Positions 1-10,010 of a stretch of 32,000 bases of DNA are shown here, piece by piece. Made by a program: the position numbers and the translations under genes. The DNA is from Synechococcus elongatus PCC 6301 (GTDB lineage: Bacteria > Cyanobacteriota > Cyanobacteriia > Synechococcales > Synechococcaceae). A model generated the notes under the pieces. It saw only the letters and a program-made list of their open reading frames with translations. It searched no databases and had not been told where the DNA came from. The DNA is taken from the NCBI RefSeq assembly GCF_000010065.1, contig NC_006576.1, forward strand, positions 1,230,001-1,262,000, in the 5' to 3' direction. Every line of letters starts with the position of its first letter. Within the stretch, counting starts at the first letter, position 1.

Positions 1-927
1 CACAATGCCCCCGAAAGCAGAGACGGAGTCCGCGTCAAACGCTTTTTGATAGGCATCACTCAATGCCTCAGCTGTGGCGACTCCGCCGGGATTATTGTGT
101 TTGAGAATCGCGGCAGCAGCGGGGCCATCCGCCGGGAACTCCGCAATAATTTGGCGTGCTGCCTCGAGGTCAACTAGGTTGTTGTAGCTCAGCTCTTTGC
201 CCTGTAGTTGCTGCGCCGCTGCCCAACCGCTGGCCGTAGCACCGGTTTGATACCAAGTCGCCGCCTGGTGGGGGTTTTCGCCGTAGCGCAGGACTTGCAC
301 CGGCTGAGCACTCAGTTGCAAGCGATCGCTGGTCGCTTCAAATTGCTCAGCGAGATAAGTCGCGATCGCCGCATCATAAGCAGCGGTGTGCTGGAAAGCC
401 GCTAGAGCGCACTGCTGGCGGAACGCGAGGGGAATTTGTCCCTCTCCATCGGCCAGGGCCGTCAGATAGGGCTCGTACTGGCTGGGGTTAGTCAGAATCG
501 TTAGGTGAGCATGGTTCTTGGCCGAGGCCCGCACCATTGCTGGCCCGCCGATGTCAATTTGCTCGATCGCATCTGCCAGCGTCACTTCAGGACGGGCGAT
601 CGTGGCCTCGAAGGGATAGAGATTGACGACGACTAAGTCAAACGGCTGAATGTTGTTGGCCGCTAAATCTGCTTGATCCTCTTCGCGATCGCGGCGCGCC
701 AAAATGCCGCCATGAATGCGGGGATGCAAGGTTTTGACTCGGCCACCGAGGATTTCGGGTGAGCCCGTGTGTTCTGCAACTTTCGTAACGGGGATACCTG
801 CTTCTAGGAGTTGCTTGGCGGTGCCACCGCTACTGACAATCTGAAACTGAAAGCGATCGACCAGTTGACGTGCAAAATCAACGAGGCCAGTTTTATCGGA
901 AACACTGAGCAGGGCAAATCGCGGCAT
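1..927 (-). CDS. purH: Bifunctional phosphoribosylaminoimidazolecarboxamide formyltransferase / IMP cyclohydrolase, N-terminal part (runs off left edge)
   Basis: Reverse-strand reading from the CAT at 925-927 gives [79 protein letters not shown]..., the characteristic MGS-like/IMPCH N-terminus of PurH. The frame is open to the window edge. Confidence 0.95.
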   Translation of the reverse strand, partial: [309 protein letters not shown]

Positions 928-1261
928 TGAAAATCCTAGGAGAAGCATTCAAACAGCAGTCTTCTCCAGCATAAAAGCAAATGACCAAGGCTTGATCGCG
1001 CGATCGCTTCTCTACTCAGCCAAGACAGTTGCGTATTGCTGATTTTCAGTCATCTATTCCAGTCATTTTCAGCTAGCAAAAACCAACTGAAGTCAAGCAG
1101 AATTTCATAATTTTATGACATCAAAAATAGCCTGCAATCACCTTCTGCGATCGCTTAAGTTCAACGAACGTTAGGAGTGAGATCTGAGCAACTTCAGCAG
1201 AGTGCTCAAACCCAATCTTGGTCAGCAAGCGTTTTGATAGCTTCTAGACTCAGCGCAGCCC

Positions 1262-2386
1262 TTAGCGATCCAGCGCGTAGACCTGACCATCAATCAGCAA
1301 ACAGTGAATGCCCTTCGCTTGCAGCCAGCGCGTAGTTTTTAACAAAATCTGGCTGTCGGGCAGTTTGATCACCCGTTGATTGCGCTTACAAAAACGCTTA
1401 GCGGTGCGGGGATTATCAAAGAGCGGCAATGCTTGGGCTTCCGCATGATCCGCCTCTACCGTTCCTAATTCCGCCAAAGTTGTCAGGGAACAGGTGACCA
1501 AATCCGCTGTGCGATCGACAACGACATAGCTAGTGCGGGGGAGGGGTGCAATGCCTAGGGGTAAGAGTTCAAGGGTCGCCGCAGCCTCTGTGCGATCGCT
1601 GTCCCCATCAGCCGCAAGATCGTCTTCGTCGAACACGAGTTCATCGTCTTCGCTGTCATCATCCCCAAATTCATCTGCATCTTCGATCGCAGCAACTCCG
1701 CCCCGCAAATCATCAGCGGTTAGTTCTAAATCGATCGCGGTATTACTGATGTGTTGGGTTGCAGCAGTGGATTGTCCGGGTTCAATCTCTGGCTCTGTTT
1801 CTGAAAAGATCGCCGCTTCCGTGAAGGGGGTTTTCGGAATTGGGCGTGGCCGTTCCGGCGCAGGTTTCGGCTCTGAGATTGGAGTGGGGGGTGGGATCGC
1901 TTCCTCTCCAGTCACCGGCTCGGGCGTTTCTACAGCTAGCGGGGCAAAAAAAGGCGCACTGATGCTAATCGCCTCAGGTTTGTTCGGCAGTTCCGGCGTT
2001 GCAGGTTCTGCACTGTCCGTACTAGCTGCCGTAAAACGACGACGGCGGCGACGTCCACCACTGGCTGGTTCTGGCTCCGGTGCGATCGCCTCTGCTGGGA
2101 GCGGCTCAGGATCAGCAATCGCGGACGGGTCTGCAGCTTTCGGTACTACCGGCGTTGAATCCACCTCTGGGGTCACTGCAACTGAATCTGCCGTTTCCGT
2201 CAATCGGCTGCGGCGATCGCGCAGTTGCTCATATTCCTCGGGCGAGAAACTGCTGCGCAAAATCCGCGACACCGTACTGACACTGACCCCAAACTGTTCA
2301 GCCAAAGCAGCAACCGGAGCAGTCGTAGTGCGAAAGCGCTCGAGCAACGCTTGCTTATCAGCAGGAGAAAGCTTGGCAGGGGCCAT
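1262..2386 (-). CDS. Conserved cyanobacterial protein with N-terminal helix-turn-helix, acidic/Pro-rich linker and short C-terminal domain
   Basis: ORF 1262..2413. Likely start is the internal Met (MAPAKLSPADKQALLERFRTTTAPVAALAEQFGVSVSTVSRILRSSFSPEEYEQL), which is HTH-like. The long middle region is E/P/D-rich. The C-terminus is KRNQRVIKLPDSQILLKTTRWLQAKGIHCLLIDGQVYALD. Preferred over the Ser-rich shadow ORF on the + strand. Confidence 0.75.
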   Translation of the reverse strand: MAPAKLSPADKQALLERFRTTTAPVAALAEQFGVSVSTVSRILRSSFSPEEYEQLRDRRSRLTETADSVAVTPEVDSTPVVPKAADPSAIADPEPLPAEAIAPEPEPASGGRRRRRRFTAASTDSAEPATPELPNKPEAISISAPFFAPLAVETPEPVTGEEAIPPPTPISEPKPAPERPRPIPKTPFTEAAIFSETEPEIEPGQSTAATQHISNTAIDLELTADDLRGGVAAIEDADEFGDDDSEDDELVFDEDDLAADGDSDRTEAAATLELLPLGIAPLPRTSYVVVDRTADLVTCSLTTLAELGTVEADHAEAQALPLFDNPRTAKRFCKRNQRVIKLPDSQILLKTTRWLQAKGIHCLLIDGQVYALDR

Positions 2387-2659
2387 GCAGCAGGGCAGCG
2401 CGAAAGGGTCCAAGAGCCCATTCTACTGTGGTGCTTTCCTTGCACGGTGCGATTGGGCAAGAGCGATCCCTAGGTTTTTGGGTTGCGACTCCGGAGGGGC
2501 GATCGCGAATTGCCGTTTTCAACAACTGGCCCAAGGGAGGATTTCAACCAGTTTCAAGCAGGGACGCTGCAGCCGTGGCGGATGAAGCTCTCTGGAGCAA
2601 TTTCGAGAGAGTCATCAGTCCTTGTGCCACAGTAAACAATTGGCGGACTACTTCTCCTC

Positions 2660-3526
2660 ATGCCTTGGACCCGCATTCTCAGTGGCACGGTGGCGATCGC
2701 GATCGCTCTGGGATTGCTGACGTTGGGCGGCTGGTATTTCACCTGTGGCCTTGGAATTATGGTCTACCTTGGCCTGGAAGAATATTTCCAGTTGGTGCGC
2801 CTCAAGGGAATGATGCCGGCGGCACGGACGACCTTGGTCGTCAGTCAACTGTTGCTGATTGTCGCGAACCTCAACCCTTCCCTCACCGATGCGATCCTGC
2901 CAGTAACAGCCATTCTGATCTGCGCTTGGCTGCAATTTAAGCCCAAGCCCTCCAGCATTGCCGACATTGCCGCCTCAATTCTGGGCCTGTTTTACACCGG
3001 CTATCTGCCCAGCTACTGGGTGCGCCTGCGATCGCTCGGATCGGCTGCCAGTAGTAATCTCCCCCTCGGCGGCTTCTGGCCCGATCGCTGGCTACCGTTT
3101 AACCAATTACCGCCAGGTCTAGCCCTACTGTTGCTGGCCTTCCTCTGCATTTGGGCCGCTGACATCGGCGCCTACTTCATGGGGCGTTGGTGGGGACGCA
3201 CCAAGCTCACCCAAGTCAGCCCCAAGAAGACCGTGGAAGGCGCGATTTCTGGCCTACTTGGCAGCATGACCGTCGCCACTATCGGGGCCTTTTCCTTAGC
3301 TTGGCCCTATCCATTGCTCACCGGCTTGGGCTTGGGCCTGATCATCGGCGGCTGTAGCTTGCTGGGCGACCTAACCGAATCGATGATGAAACGGGATGCT
3401 GGCGTCAAAGACTCCGGTCAGATCATTCCTGGACACGGTGGCATCCTTGATCGCACCGACAGCTACATCTTTACGGCACCGATGATGTACTACTTCGTGA
3501 CGCTGCTGCTACCGCTGTTGCGTTAG
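2660..3526 (+). CDS. cdsA: Phosphatidate cytidylyltransferase
   Basis: 288 aa polytopic protein with the CdsA C-terminal signature region (VSPKKTVEGAISGLLGS...LLGDLTESMMKRDAGVKDSGQIIPGHGGILDRTDSYIFTAPMMYYF). Confidence 0.96.
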   Translation: MPWTRILSGTVAIAIALGLLTLGGWYFTCGLGIMVYLGLEEYFQLVRLKGMMPAARTTLVVSQLLLIVANLNPSLTDAILPVTAILICAWLQFKPKPSSIADIAASILGLFYTGYLPSYWVRLRSLGSAASSNLPLGGFWPDRWLPFNQLPPGLALLLLAFLCIWAADIGAYFMGRWWGRTKLTQVSPKKTVEGAISGLLGSMTVATIGAFSLAWPYPLLTGLGLGLIIGGCSLLGDLTESMMKRDAGVKDSGQIIPGHGGILDRTDSYIFTAPMMYYFVTLLLPLLR

Positions 3527-4203
3527 GCCGCTGTCGCGAGAACTCGGAACTCTCCCGTCAGATCGACCTTGCCGTCGCTAATCACCAAACTGGCGATCGA
3601 GACATCCTCACCGAGGGCGATCGCATAGGCCTCAAGCCCACTCAAATCAGGCGCGGGCTGGGTCGCTGACTGCCACTGGGGACTGTGCAGGCGTAAAGTC
3701 TGCGGATCTACTAAAGCGAGGCCGAGGGATAACTCTGTGTCGGGCGTGATCAGCAGGTGGAGGCGATCGGACCGGAGGCGAAACTGTAGTTGGGTCGCCA
3801 GCTGCTCTACCGAGAGTCCTAGCTGTTGCCAGTAGTCCGCCAAGATCTGCCAGATCGCCTGTTGCCAAAGCTCGGAGCTGAGTGAGTCGTTGAAGTTAGC
3901 TTCCAGCAGTTGCACCTCAGCGGCAATGCGAATTTCCTGCAGAAGTTGGAAGGCTTGGCCGCGCACCATCTGAGGCAGATTGACGCGAATTTCGGAGCCC
4001 AACAGCGACATGCGCTCCAGACAAAGCCCTTGGTAGACAATGCCTTGTGCCGCGATCGCGACCTCGGGAATTGTGCCGCCCAGCAATTGACGACTGCTGC
4101 CGCCAATGGTCAGATCTAGCTGCGCGATCGTGGCTTGGCTGTGCAGCCAGAGCTTAATGGCCGGAGCCAAAACCCGTCCAATGATTCCCGGCGCTGTACC
4201 CAT
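3523..4203 (-). CDS. DUF2993 (LmeA-like) family protein
   Basis: ORF 3523..4260 with likely start at internal Met 4203 (MGTAPGIIGRVLAPAIKLWLHSQATIAQLDLTIGGSSRQLLGGTIPEVAIAAQGIVYQGLCLERMSLLGSEIRVN...), resembling cyanobacterial DUF2993 proteins. Family assigned by memory of pattern. Confidence 0.65.
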   Translation of the reverse strand: MGTAPGIIGRVLAPAIKLWLHSQATIAQLDLTIGGSSRQLLGGTIPEVAIAAQGIVYQGLCLERMSLLGSEIRVNLPQMVRGQAFQLLQEIRIAAEVQLLEANFNDSLSSELWQQAIWQILADYWQQLGLSVEQLATQLQFRLRSDRLHLLITPDTELSLGLALVDPQTLRLHSPQWQSATQPAPDLSGLEAYAIALGEDVSIASLVISDGKVDLTGEFRVLATAA

Positions 4204-4351
4204 CACTATTTGCCCCTTGGTCCGCTGTTTACTGTCTCGCGAAGCGGTCAAGCGAGGCAATGGTGTCGCGATCGGGGTCAGGGGGCAACGATGGTCGCGG
4301 GGCCGTTGTTACACTAGCGGCGATTTCAGTGGAGCCAACAGGTCGGGGCGC

Positions 4352-5530
4352 ATGCGATCGCAACTTTTGCTAGGGCTAGCAGTGCTGGGGCTATTTGGGG
4401 GCGATCGCTGGATTGAGCCCGCCGCCACACAACCTGCTCCGGCAGCCAATCCGATGGTTGCTCCAGTAGCCGCGCCAACCATCGGCCTCCAGCTCAGTTC
4501 ACAGTGGCCAGCCGGACAAGATACGGGGCTATGGCAAACGGCCCGCGATCGCCAAGCAATGATTACGGCGATTGACCGCAGTCTGACTTGGTTAGCTACA
4601 CCGGCCGCCGAGAAAGCCTACCGCGATCGTCCCGCCAACCAACCCGATCGCCGTTGGGTACAGCGCAGCCTGCAACGCTTTCGTCAGTTGCTGCAGACCA
4701 GTCGCAATACAGCCAGTTTTGAGGCCGCGCTGCGGCGGGAATTTCAACTGTGGCAATCCCCCGGTCTGGACAACAACAATCGCGTCGATTTCACGGCCTA
4801 CTACGAGGCGGTGTATCCCGCTAGCCTGACCCGCACCGAAACCTATCGCTACCCCCTTTACCGACGGCCCGCTGATTTCGATCGCTGGGCACAGCCCCAC
4901 CTGACGCGCCGCCAAATCGAAGGCGAAGATGGCCTCTTGGGCGATCGCAGTCCCTTAGCTGGAACAGAACTGGTCTGGCTGAGCGATCGGCTAGCGGCCT
5001 TTTTGGTCCATGTCCAAGGCTCTGCCCGCCTGCAGCTCACCAATGGCCGTGAGTTCACGGTGGGTTACGCCGGAGCCACCCAGCATCCCTACCGCAGTAT
5101 TGGCCAAGAGCTGGTGCAAGACGGGGTGTTTACAGCCGAAGCCTTGACGCTGGGCAAGTTGATCAATTGGTTTGCCGCCAATCCCGATCGCCTCAGCGAC
5201 TACCTGCCCCGCAACGATCGCTTTGTCTTCTTCAAACCGACAGCTGGCGCCGCCGCCACCGGCAGCCTCAGCCAACCTCTGACGCCAGGTCGCTCGATTG
5301 CCACCGATAAAACCCTCTTCCCGCCGGGTGCACTCGCCCTCATCAAAGCGCCCTTGGCCGGCGATCGCGGCGGCTTATCCTACCGCTATGTGCTGGACCA
5401 AGATACGGGTAGCGCCATCCGTGGCTATGGTCGCGTCGATGTCTTTTGGTGCACGGGCGCAATCGCCAAGGCTCGTGCTGGTGATGTCAATGGGCCCGGC
5501 AGCCTCTACTACCTGCTGCTGAAGCGATGA
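4352..5530 (+). CDS. mltA: MltA-type lytic murein transglycosylase / 3D-domain protein
   Basis: Start MRSQLLLGLAVLGLFGGDRW (signal-like). Contains NNNRVDFTAYYEAVYPASLTRTETYRYPLYRRPADF and the 3D-type C-terminus LPPGALALIKAPL...YRYVLDQDTGSAIRGYGRVDVFWCTGAIAKARAGDVNGPGSLYYLLLK. Confidence 0.88.
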   Translation: MRSQLLLGLAVLGLFGGDRWIEPAATQPAPAANPMVAPVAAPTIGLQLSSQWPAGQDTGLWQTARDRQAMITAIDRSLTWLATPAAEKAYRDRPANQPDRRWVQRSLQRFRQLLQTSRNTASFEAALRREFQLWQSPGLDNNNRVDFTAYYEAVYPASLTRTETYRYPLYRRPADFDRWAQPHLTRRQIEGEDGLLGDRSPLAGTELVWLSDRLAAFLVHVQGSARLQLTNGREFTVGYAGATQHPYRSIGQELVQDGVFTAEALTLGKLINWFAANPDRLSDYLPRNDRFVFFKPTAGAAATGSLSQPLTPGRSIATDKTLFPPGALALIKAPLAGDRGGLSYRYVLDQDTGSAIRGYGRVDVFWCTGAIAKARAGDVNGPGSLYYLLLKR

Positions 5531-5754
5531 CAGCCCGCTGATTGCCCTGCTTGAGTCTCGAGGAGCAAGGAGGATGGGCGATCGCACCGGCTGGGCAATG
5601 TCACAATTTTCTTGAGAATCCCTTGAATTCCAGTGAACGCCCACTAGCGTTGAACTAGTCAGCGGTTGAGGCAACGGCCCTTGCGTTGGAGCCTCGTCCC
5701 TACCTTCCAATCGCTGCATCTTTTCTTGTCCGCGCTGCTAAGGATAGCCAGAAG

Positions 5755-7335
5755 ATGTTCAAGCCCCAGTCTTGGTTCCCAACGCTACTGAGTACCGTGC
5801 TCGGTTTTGGGGCTGCGGTGCTCACAGCCGCCCCTAGTTCAGCGGCCGAAAGGATTACAGTTCGTTGGTCCGGGACTGATGTCACCATTGCGGTCGATGA
5901 CCTCGCCAATTTTGCGCAGGGGCGCCCCGTCGGCGCTGATCTGCGAGCGGTTTTGGCCTTGCTCTCACCGGAAGTCCAGCAGTCGATTCGTTCGGCCTTG
6001 ATTGCTCCCGTGCCCATCTCGCCCAACGCGATCCAGCAGATTGTCAATCGGGGCGATACCTTCAGCATCTTTCTGACCCGTGTCGGCAATGTGATCCGGG
6101 CGGAACCACCTGTTTCCCTAACTGACCCAGCGATCGCCACAGCCATCACAACCGCAGCCCAATCGCCGCAAGGGCTGTCATTTCTCAGTGCGATTCAGAC
6201 GTTTCCCTCCGAAACCATCCTGTTCGATCTCAATGTCTTTTTGAGCTATATCCAGCAGCTCAACGAGCAACTCTTAGCCACCGAAGGCGTTGTCAATCGC
6301 TTGCAGCAACGGAGTCAGCCCGCCGATCCCGCACTGCAGCAACGCTATCAAGCACCGGGGCCGAACAGCGTTCAGGTCCAGAGCTTTAACTGGCAGGATC
6401 CCCAACGCAATCGCCCTGTGCCGACGGATTTATACCTGCCCAGCGGCACATCCCGCAATTTGCCCCTAGTGGTGGTTTCCCATGGTTTGGGCGAAACGCG
6501 CCAGACCTTTGCCTATCTGGCACGCCATCTGGCTTCCCACGGCTATGCCGTCGCCCTGCCCGAGCATGTGACCACCAGTGCGCGATCGTTCGAGAACGTC
6601 CTAGTCGGCATCAGCAGCCCGCCTGGACCTCAGGCCTTGATTGATATTCCAACGGACATTCGCTTTGTCCTAGACCAGTTGGCTACCACACCAGCCGCCG
6701 CTCGGGTTCAAACCCAAAAAGCTGCGGTTGTAGGTCATTCCTACGGAGGTTATGGGGCCTTGGCAGTGGCGGGCGCCCCTCTCAGTCCGGTCAATGCGCG
6801 ACAGCAATGTGAACCCCTCGATCGCTTCCGCAATAACCTCTCCACCTTGTTGCAGTGCATCGCCATTAACTTGCCGCAACCGAGCTATACCTTGACCGAT
6901 CCCCGCATTGTGGCCGCTGTTGCTGCTGATGGCCTAGCCAGCGATGTCTTTGGGGCCGCCGGCCTCTCGCAGGTAACAGTTCCTACCCTGATCTGGGGGG
7001 GAAGCCGCGATGTCGTCACACCGCCCCAACCCGAGGCGATCGCTGCGTTTCAGCAGCTCGGCACCCGTCAGAAGTGGCTAGCTCTTGCCGTGAAAGGGAC
7101 GCACTTCACCGTGCTGCCACCCAACAATCAGCAACCCCAAGGCTTCCAGATCCCTTTGCCACCCGAGTTGATCGGTCCTAGCCAAGCAGCAGGCAACCTG
7201 CTGTTCCAAGGCTTGACCTTGGCCTTTCTCGATCAAACCTTCCGTGGGCAGCCGGCCACACTCTTGCCCAGCACTGGCACCACAACCATCGCGACTCCGG
7301 AACTGACAGTGCTCGTGACACCACAGTCTCCCTAG
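5755..7335 (+). CDS. Alpha/beta hydrolase with N-terminal DUF1400 domain (secreted, dienelactone-hydrolase-like)
   Basis: Start MFKPQSWFPTLLSTVLGFGAAVLTAAPSSAAERITVRWSGTDVTIAVDDLANFAQG (signal peptide plus DUF1400-like). Hydrolase core LPLVVVSHGLGETRQTFAYLARHLASHGYAV, nucleophile elbow VVGHSYGGYGAL, late LIWGGSRDVVTPPQ and GTHFTVL. Confidence 0.85.
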   Translation: MFKPQSWFPTLLSTVLGFGAAVLTAAPSSAAERITVRWSGTDVTIAVDDLANFAQGRPVGADLRAVLALLSPEVQQSIRSALIAPVPISPNAIQQIVNRGDTFSIFLTRVGNVIRAEPPVSLTDPAIATAITTAAQSPQGLSFLSAIQTFPSETILFDLNVFLSYIQQLNEQLLATEGVVNRLQQRSQPADPALQQRYQAPGPNSVQVQSFNWQDPQRNRPVPTDLYLPSGTSRNLPLVVVSHGLGETRQTFAYLARHLASHGYAVALPEHVTTSARSFENVLVGISSPPGPQALIDIPTDIRFVLDQLATTPAAARVQTQKAAVVGHSYGGYGALAVAGAPLSPVNARQQCEPLDRFRNNLSTLLQCIAINLPQPSYTLTDPRIVAAVAADGLASDVFGAAGLSQVTVPTLIWGGSRDVVTPPQPEAIAAFQQLGTRQKWLALAVKGTHFTVLPPNNQQPQGFQIPLPPELIGPSQAAGNLLFQGLTLAFLDQTFRGQPATLLPSTGTTTIATPELTVLVTPQSP

Positions 7336-7425
7336 GGATGCCAGTCGCTATCCAAGTTGGCTAGCGGACAGACAAGGCAATCGCGATCGGTTTAGCCTAC
7401 AACCGTTGACGAACACTGCGCTGCT

Positions 7426-8577
7426 ATGGCCGATCGCCCCCTGCTGTTAGAGCTGACTCTCCTTTTTCTGAAGCTGGGCACCATCGGCTTTGGTGGGCCC
7501 CAAGCCCATCTAGCGATGATGGAAGAAGAAGTCGTTCAGCGGCGTCAGTGGCTGACCCCCGAAGAGTTCAGCGAGGGAATTGCCCTCTGCGAGATGTTGC
7601 CGGGGCCAGCTTCCACCCAAATGGGCATTTATATTGGCTATCGCCAAGCCGGTTGGATCGGCGGCGTGGTCAGTGGCGTTTGTTTTATCGCGCCCGCTTT
7701 TGCGATCGTTGTTGCCCTAGCTTGGGCGTACTTTCGCTTCCAAACCGTTCCGTCCGTTCAAGACTTGTTTCTGGGGGCAGCCCCCGCCGTGACGGCGATT
7801 ATTGTTGCTTTCTGTCTCCGCCTCAGTCAGCGCGTTCTCAAGGAGCCCCTGCATTGGGGCTTAGCGATTGGGGCGCTAATTTTAACCCTCAGCGGTATCC
7901 TGCCTGTCTTTTTGATTCTCTTGCTAGCTGGAGCCGTCAGCTGGCTCTGGGCCCAGCGATCGCAAGCGGCTTGGTTACCGCTCTTGCCCGCAGCGATCGG
8001 CCCGACAGATTTTTGGGGCTGGGCACAGTGGTCCGAGCGGGGTGCTCCGCTGTTTCGCTTCTTCCTCGAAACTGGCACCTTTGTCTTTGGTGGCGGCTTG
8101 GTGATCATCCCCTTGCTGCAGCAACAGGTCGTGCAGCAGTGGCAATGGCTGACCGCCCAGCAATTTGTCGATGGGGTGGCGATCGGTCAACTCAGCCCGG
8201 GGCCAGTAGTTTTGACGGCTGCCTTCATTGGCTTTGCGGTCGCGGGCTTGAGCGGGGCAGCCACGGCAACGGTTGGGATCTTTCTCCCTTCATTTCTGTT
8301 TATTTTGCTGGCTGCTCCAATCCTGCAACGTCTGCGTCAGAACCGCAGCATTCAGCAGTTTTTGCGGGGGGTGAGCCCTGCTGTGCTCGGAGCGATCGCA
8401 GCGACCCTCTGGCCCCTGGCACGTCCCTCACTGCAAAGTGATCAACCGGCGATTCTGCTGTTCAGCCTGCTGCTCTTTGCCGGTAATCTTTTGGCGCTGG
8501 TGCGCTGGAAACGCCCCACTTGGCAGGTGGTGCTGGTTGGCATTGGTTTAGGGTTTGTAGTTGGTCCACTGCTTTAG
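7426..8577 (+). CDS. chrA: Chromate transporter (CHR family, two-domain form)
   Basis: Two repeated halves, each with CHR signatures: LFLKLGTIGFGGPQAHLAMMEEEVVQRRQWLTPEEFSEGIALCEMLPGPASTQMGIYIGYRQAG and FFLETGTFVFGGGLVIIPLLQQQVVQQWQWLTAQQFVDGVAIGQLSPGPVVLTAAFIGF. Confidence 0.95.
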   Translation: MADRPLLLELTLLFLKLGTIGFGGPQAHLAMMEEEVVQRRQWLTPEEFSEGIALCEMLPGPASTQMGIYIGYRQAGWIGGVVSGVCFIAPAFAIVVALAWAYFRFQTVPSVQDLFLGAAPAVTAIIVAFCLRLSQRVLKEPLHWGLAIGALILTLSGILPVFLILLLAGAVSWLWAQRSQAAWLPLLPAAIGPTDFWGWAQWSERGAPLFRFFLETGTFVFGGGLVIIPLLQQQVVQQWQWLTAQQFVDGVAIGQLSPGPVVLTAAFIGFAVAGLSGAATATVGIFLPSFLFILLAAPILQRLRQNRSIQQFLRGVSPAVLGAIAATLWPLARPSLQSDQPAILLFSLLLFAGNLLALVRWKRPTWQVVLVGIGLGFVVGPLL

Positions 8578-8888
8578 GGGATGGCGATCGTGGGTCAGCG
8601 GCGGGTCGTTGCCACCTGTAAACCGATCACCGTCAGACCTGCAGCAGCGATCGCGGACTTTAACGGCCAAGATTGAGCGATCGGTGGCTGGGGAAGCTCG
8701 AAAGCCGAAGTTGGCAAGACAACCCCACCACTGATTGCCCCCAAGAGGAAGCCAAGGGTAGCCAGAGTTCCAAGCCACTGGGTAGATGACCGCATGCAAT
8801 TGAGCTGCTCTTATTTCGGCTCATTGTGCCATTCCTAGTCACGGTATCCGCTAGGGTAGGTCGGAATTGCCTTGTCCAAATTGGTGAC

Positions 8889-10010
8889 ATGCCGACCTAC
8901 CCGACAACAGCAGCTTCCATCGGAGGACTCGTTCCGGCCTCTTCTGATCTGCTGATCAATTTGGCCTATCTCAATCAAGAGGCTACGGGCTTAAGTCACT
9001 ACGGTCTGCAACTAGTTCCCCACCTAATTCGGATTTTGCATCCGGTCTTGCTCTCGCCCTGCAGATGGCCAGGGGCAACAACCCTGCAGATTCCCAACAA
9101 TATGACAGCGATCCAAGGTCTGCAGGGACATCTGCGACGGCTCATTTGGACACAGACCCAACTCGGGCAGATCTATCACCAGATAGGCAGCCGGCTACTG
9201 TTTTCTCCAGTACCAGAAGCGCCGCTAGGACAATCGATCCGCAAGGTGATCACGGTGCATGATCTCATCCCCCTGCGATTCCCCAGCCGTTCCTTCTCCA
9301 CACTGTATTTCCGCAGTCATCTACCAAGGCTACTTAAAGAATCAACCCACATTTTTTGCAATTCCCAAGCCACAGCGCAGGATCTTCAGTCTTTTTATCA
9401 GGTGCCAGAACAGCGTTTGACGATCACGCCTCTCGCCTGCGATCGCCAACAGTTTCGGCCGCTGCGCCTCGACCGCCGCAACTATTTTGTCTATGTAGGC
9501 CGGCTCAATCCCTACAAGAACCTCCAACGATTGATCAAGGCCTTTGCCCTGATCCAGCGGCAATTAGACTGCGAACTCTGGCTGGTCGGCCCCGTTGATC
9601 GCCGTTTTCTGCCAGCAGTGCAGGCCCAGATTGAAGCTCAGGGGCTGACTGAGGTGGTGCGGTTCAAAAACTATGTCCCCCGGAAAGAGCTACCGATCAT
9701 CCTCAACCAAGCGATCGCCCTCGTTCATCCCAGCCTCTGGGAAGGCTTTGGCCTGACCGTTTTAGAGGCCATGTCCTGTGGAACTCCCGTGCTTGTCGCC
9801 GATCGTTCCTCCTTGCCCGAAGTGGTGGGGGATGCCGGTCTGTACTTCGACCCGCTGCAACCGGAAGCGATCGCTGAATCCATGCAGGCGATTGCTCAAG
9901 ACTCGGGGCTACAGCAACGGCTCAGTGCTGCCGCTCTAGCGCGATCGCAGCAGTTCTCTTGGGAGCGGACTAGCCGGATTACGATTCAGCAGTTGCAGGC
10001 CTTGCTCTGA
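8889..10010 (+). CDS. Glycosyltransferase family 4 (group 1) protein
   Basis: Contains VITVHDLIPLRFP, YVGRLNPYKNLQRLIKAFAL, HPSLWEGFGLTVLEAMSCGTPVLVADRSSLPEVVGDAGLYFDPL (GT4 EX7E motif). Start taken at MPTYPTTAAS. Confidence 0.92.
   Translation: MPTYPTTAASIGGLVPASSDLLINLAYLNQEATGLSHYGLQLVPHLIRILHPVLLSPCRWPGATTLQIPNNMTAIQGLQGHLRRLIWTQTQLGQIYHQIGSRLLFSPVPEAPLGQSIRKVITVHDLIPLRFPSRSFSTLYFRSHLPRLLKESTHIFCNSQATAQDLQSFYQVPEQRLTITPLACDRQQFRPLRLDRRNYFVYVGRLNPYKNLQRLIKAFALIQRQLDCELWLVGPVDRRFLPAVQAQIEAQGLTEVVRFKNYVPRKELPIILNQAIALVHPSLWEGFGLTVLEAMSCGTPVLVADRSSLPEVVGDAGLYFDPLQPEAIAESMQAIAQDSGLQQRLSAAALARSQQFSWERTSRITIQQLQALL

Noticed and set aside
1533-2585. 350-aa + strand ORF (Ser/Ala-rich)
   Set aside because: Shadow of the minus-strand HTH protein gene. 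Its composition is low-complexity Ser/Ala/Arg and it has no recognisable domain, whereas the opposite frame has an HTH and a coherent C-terminal block.
7548-8441. 297-aa + strand ORF inside chrA
   Set aside because: Out-of-frame shadow of chrA. The chrA frame has clear duplicated CHR motifs; this one is Arg/Ser-rich with no family resemblance.
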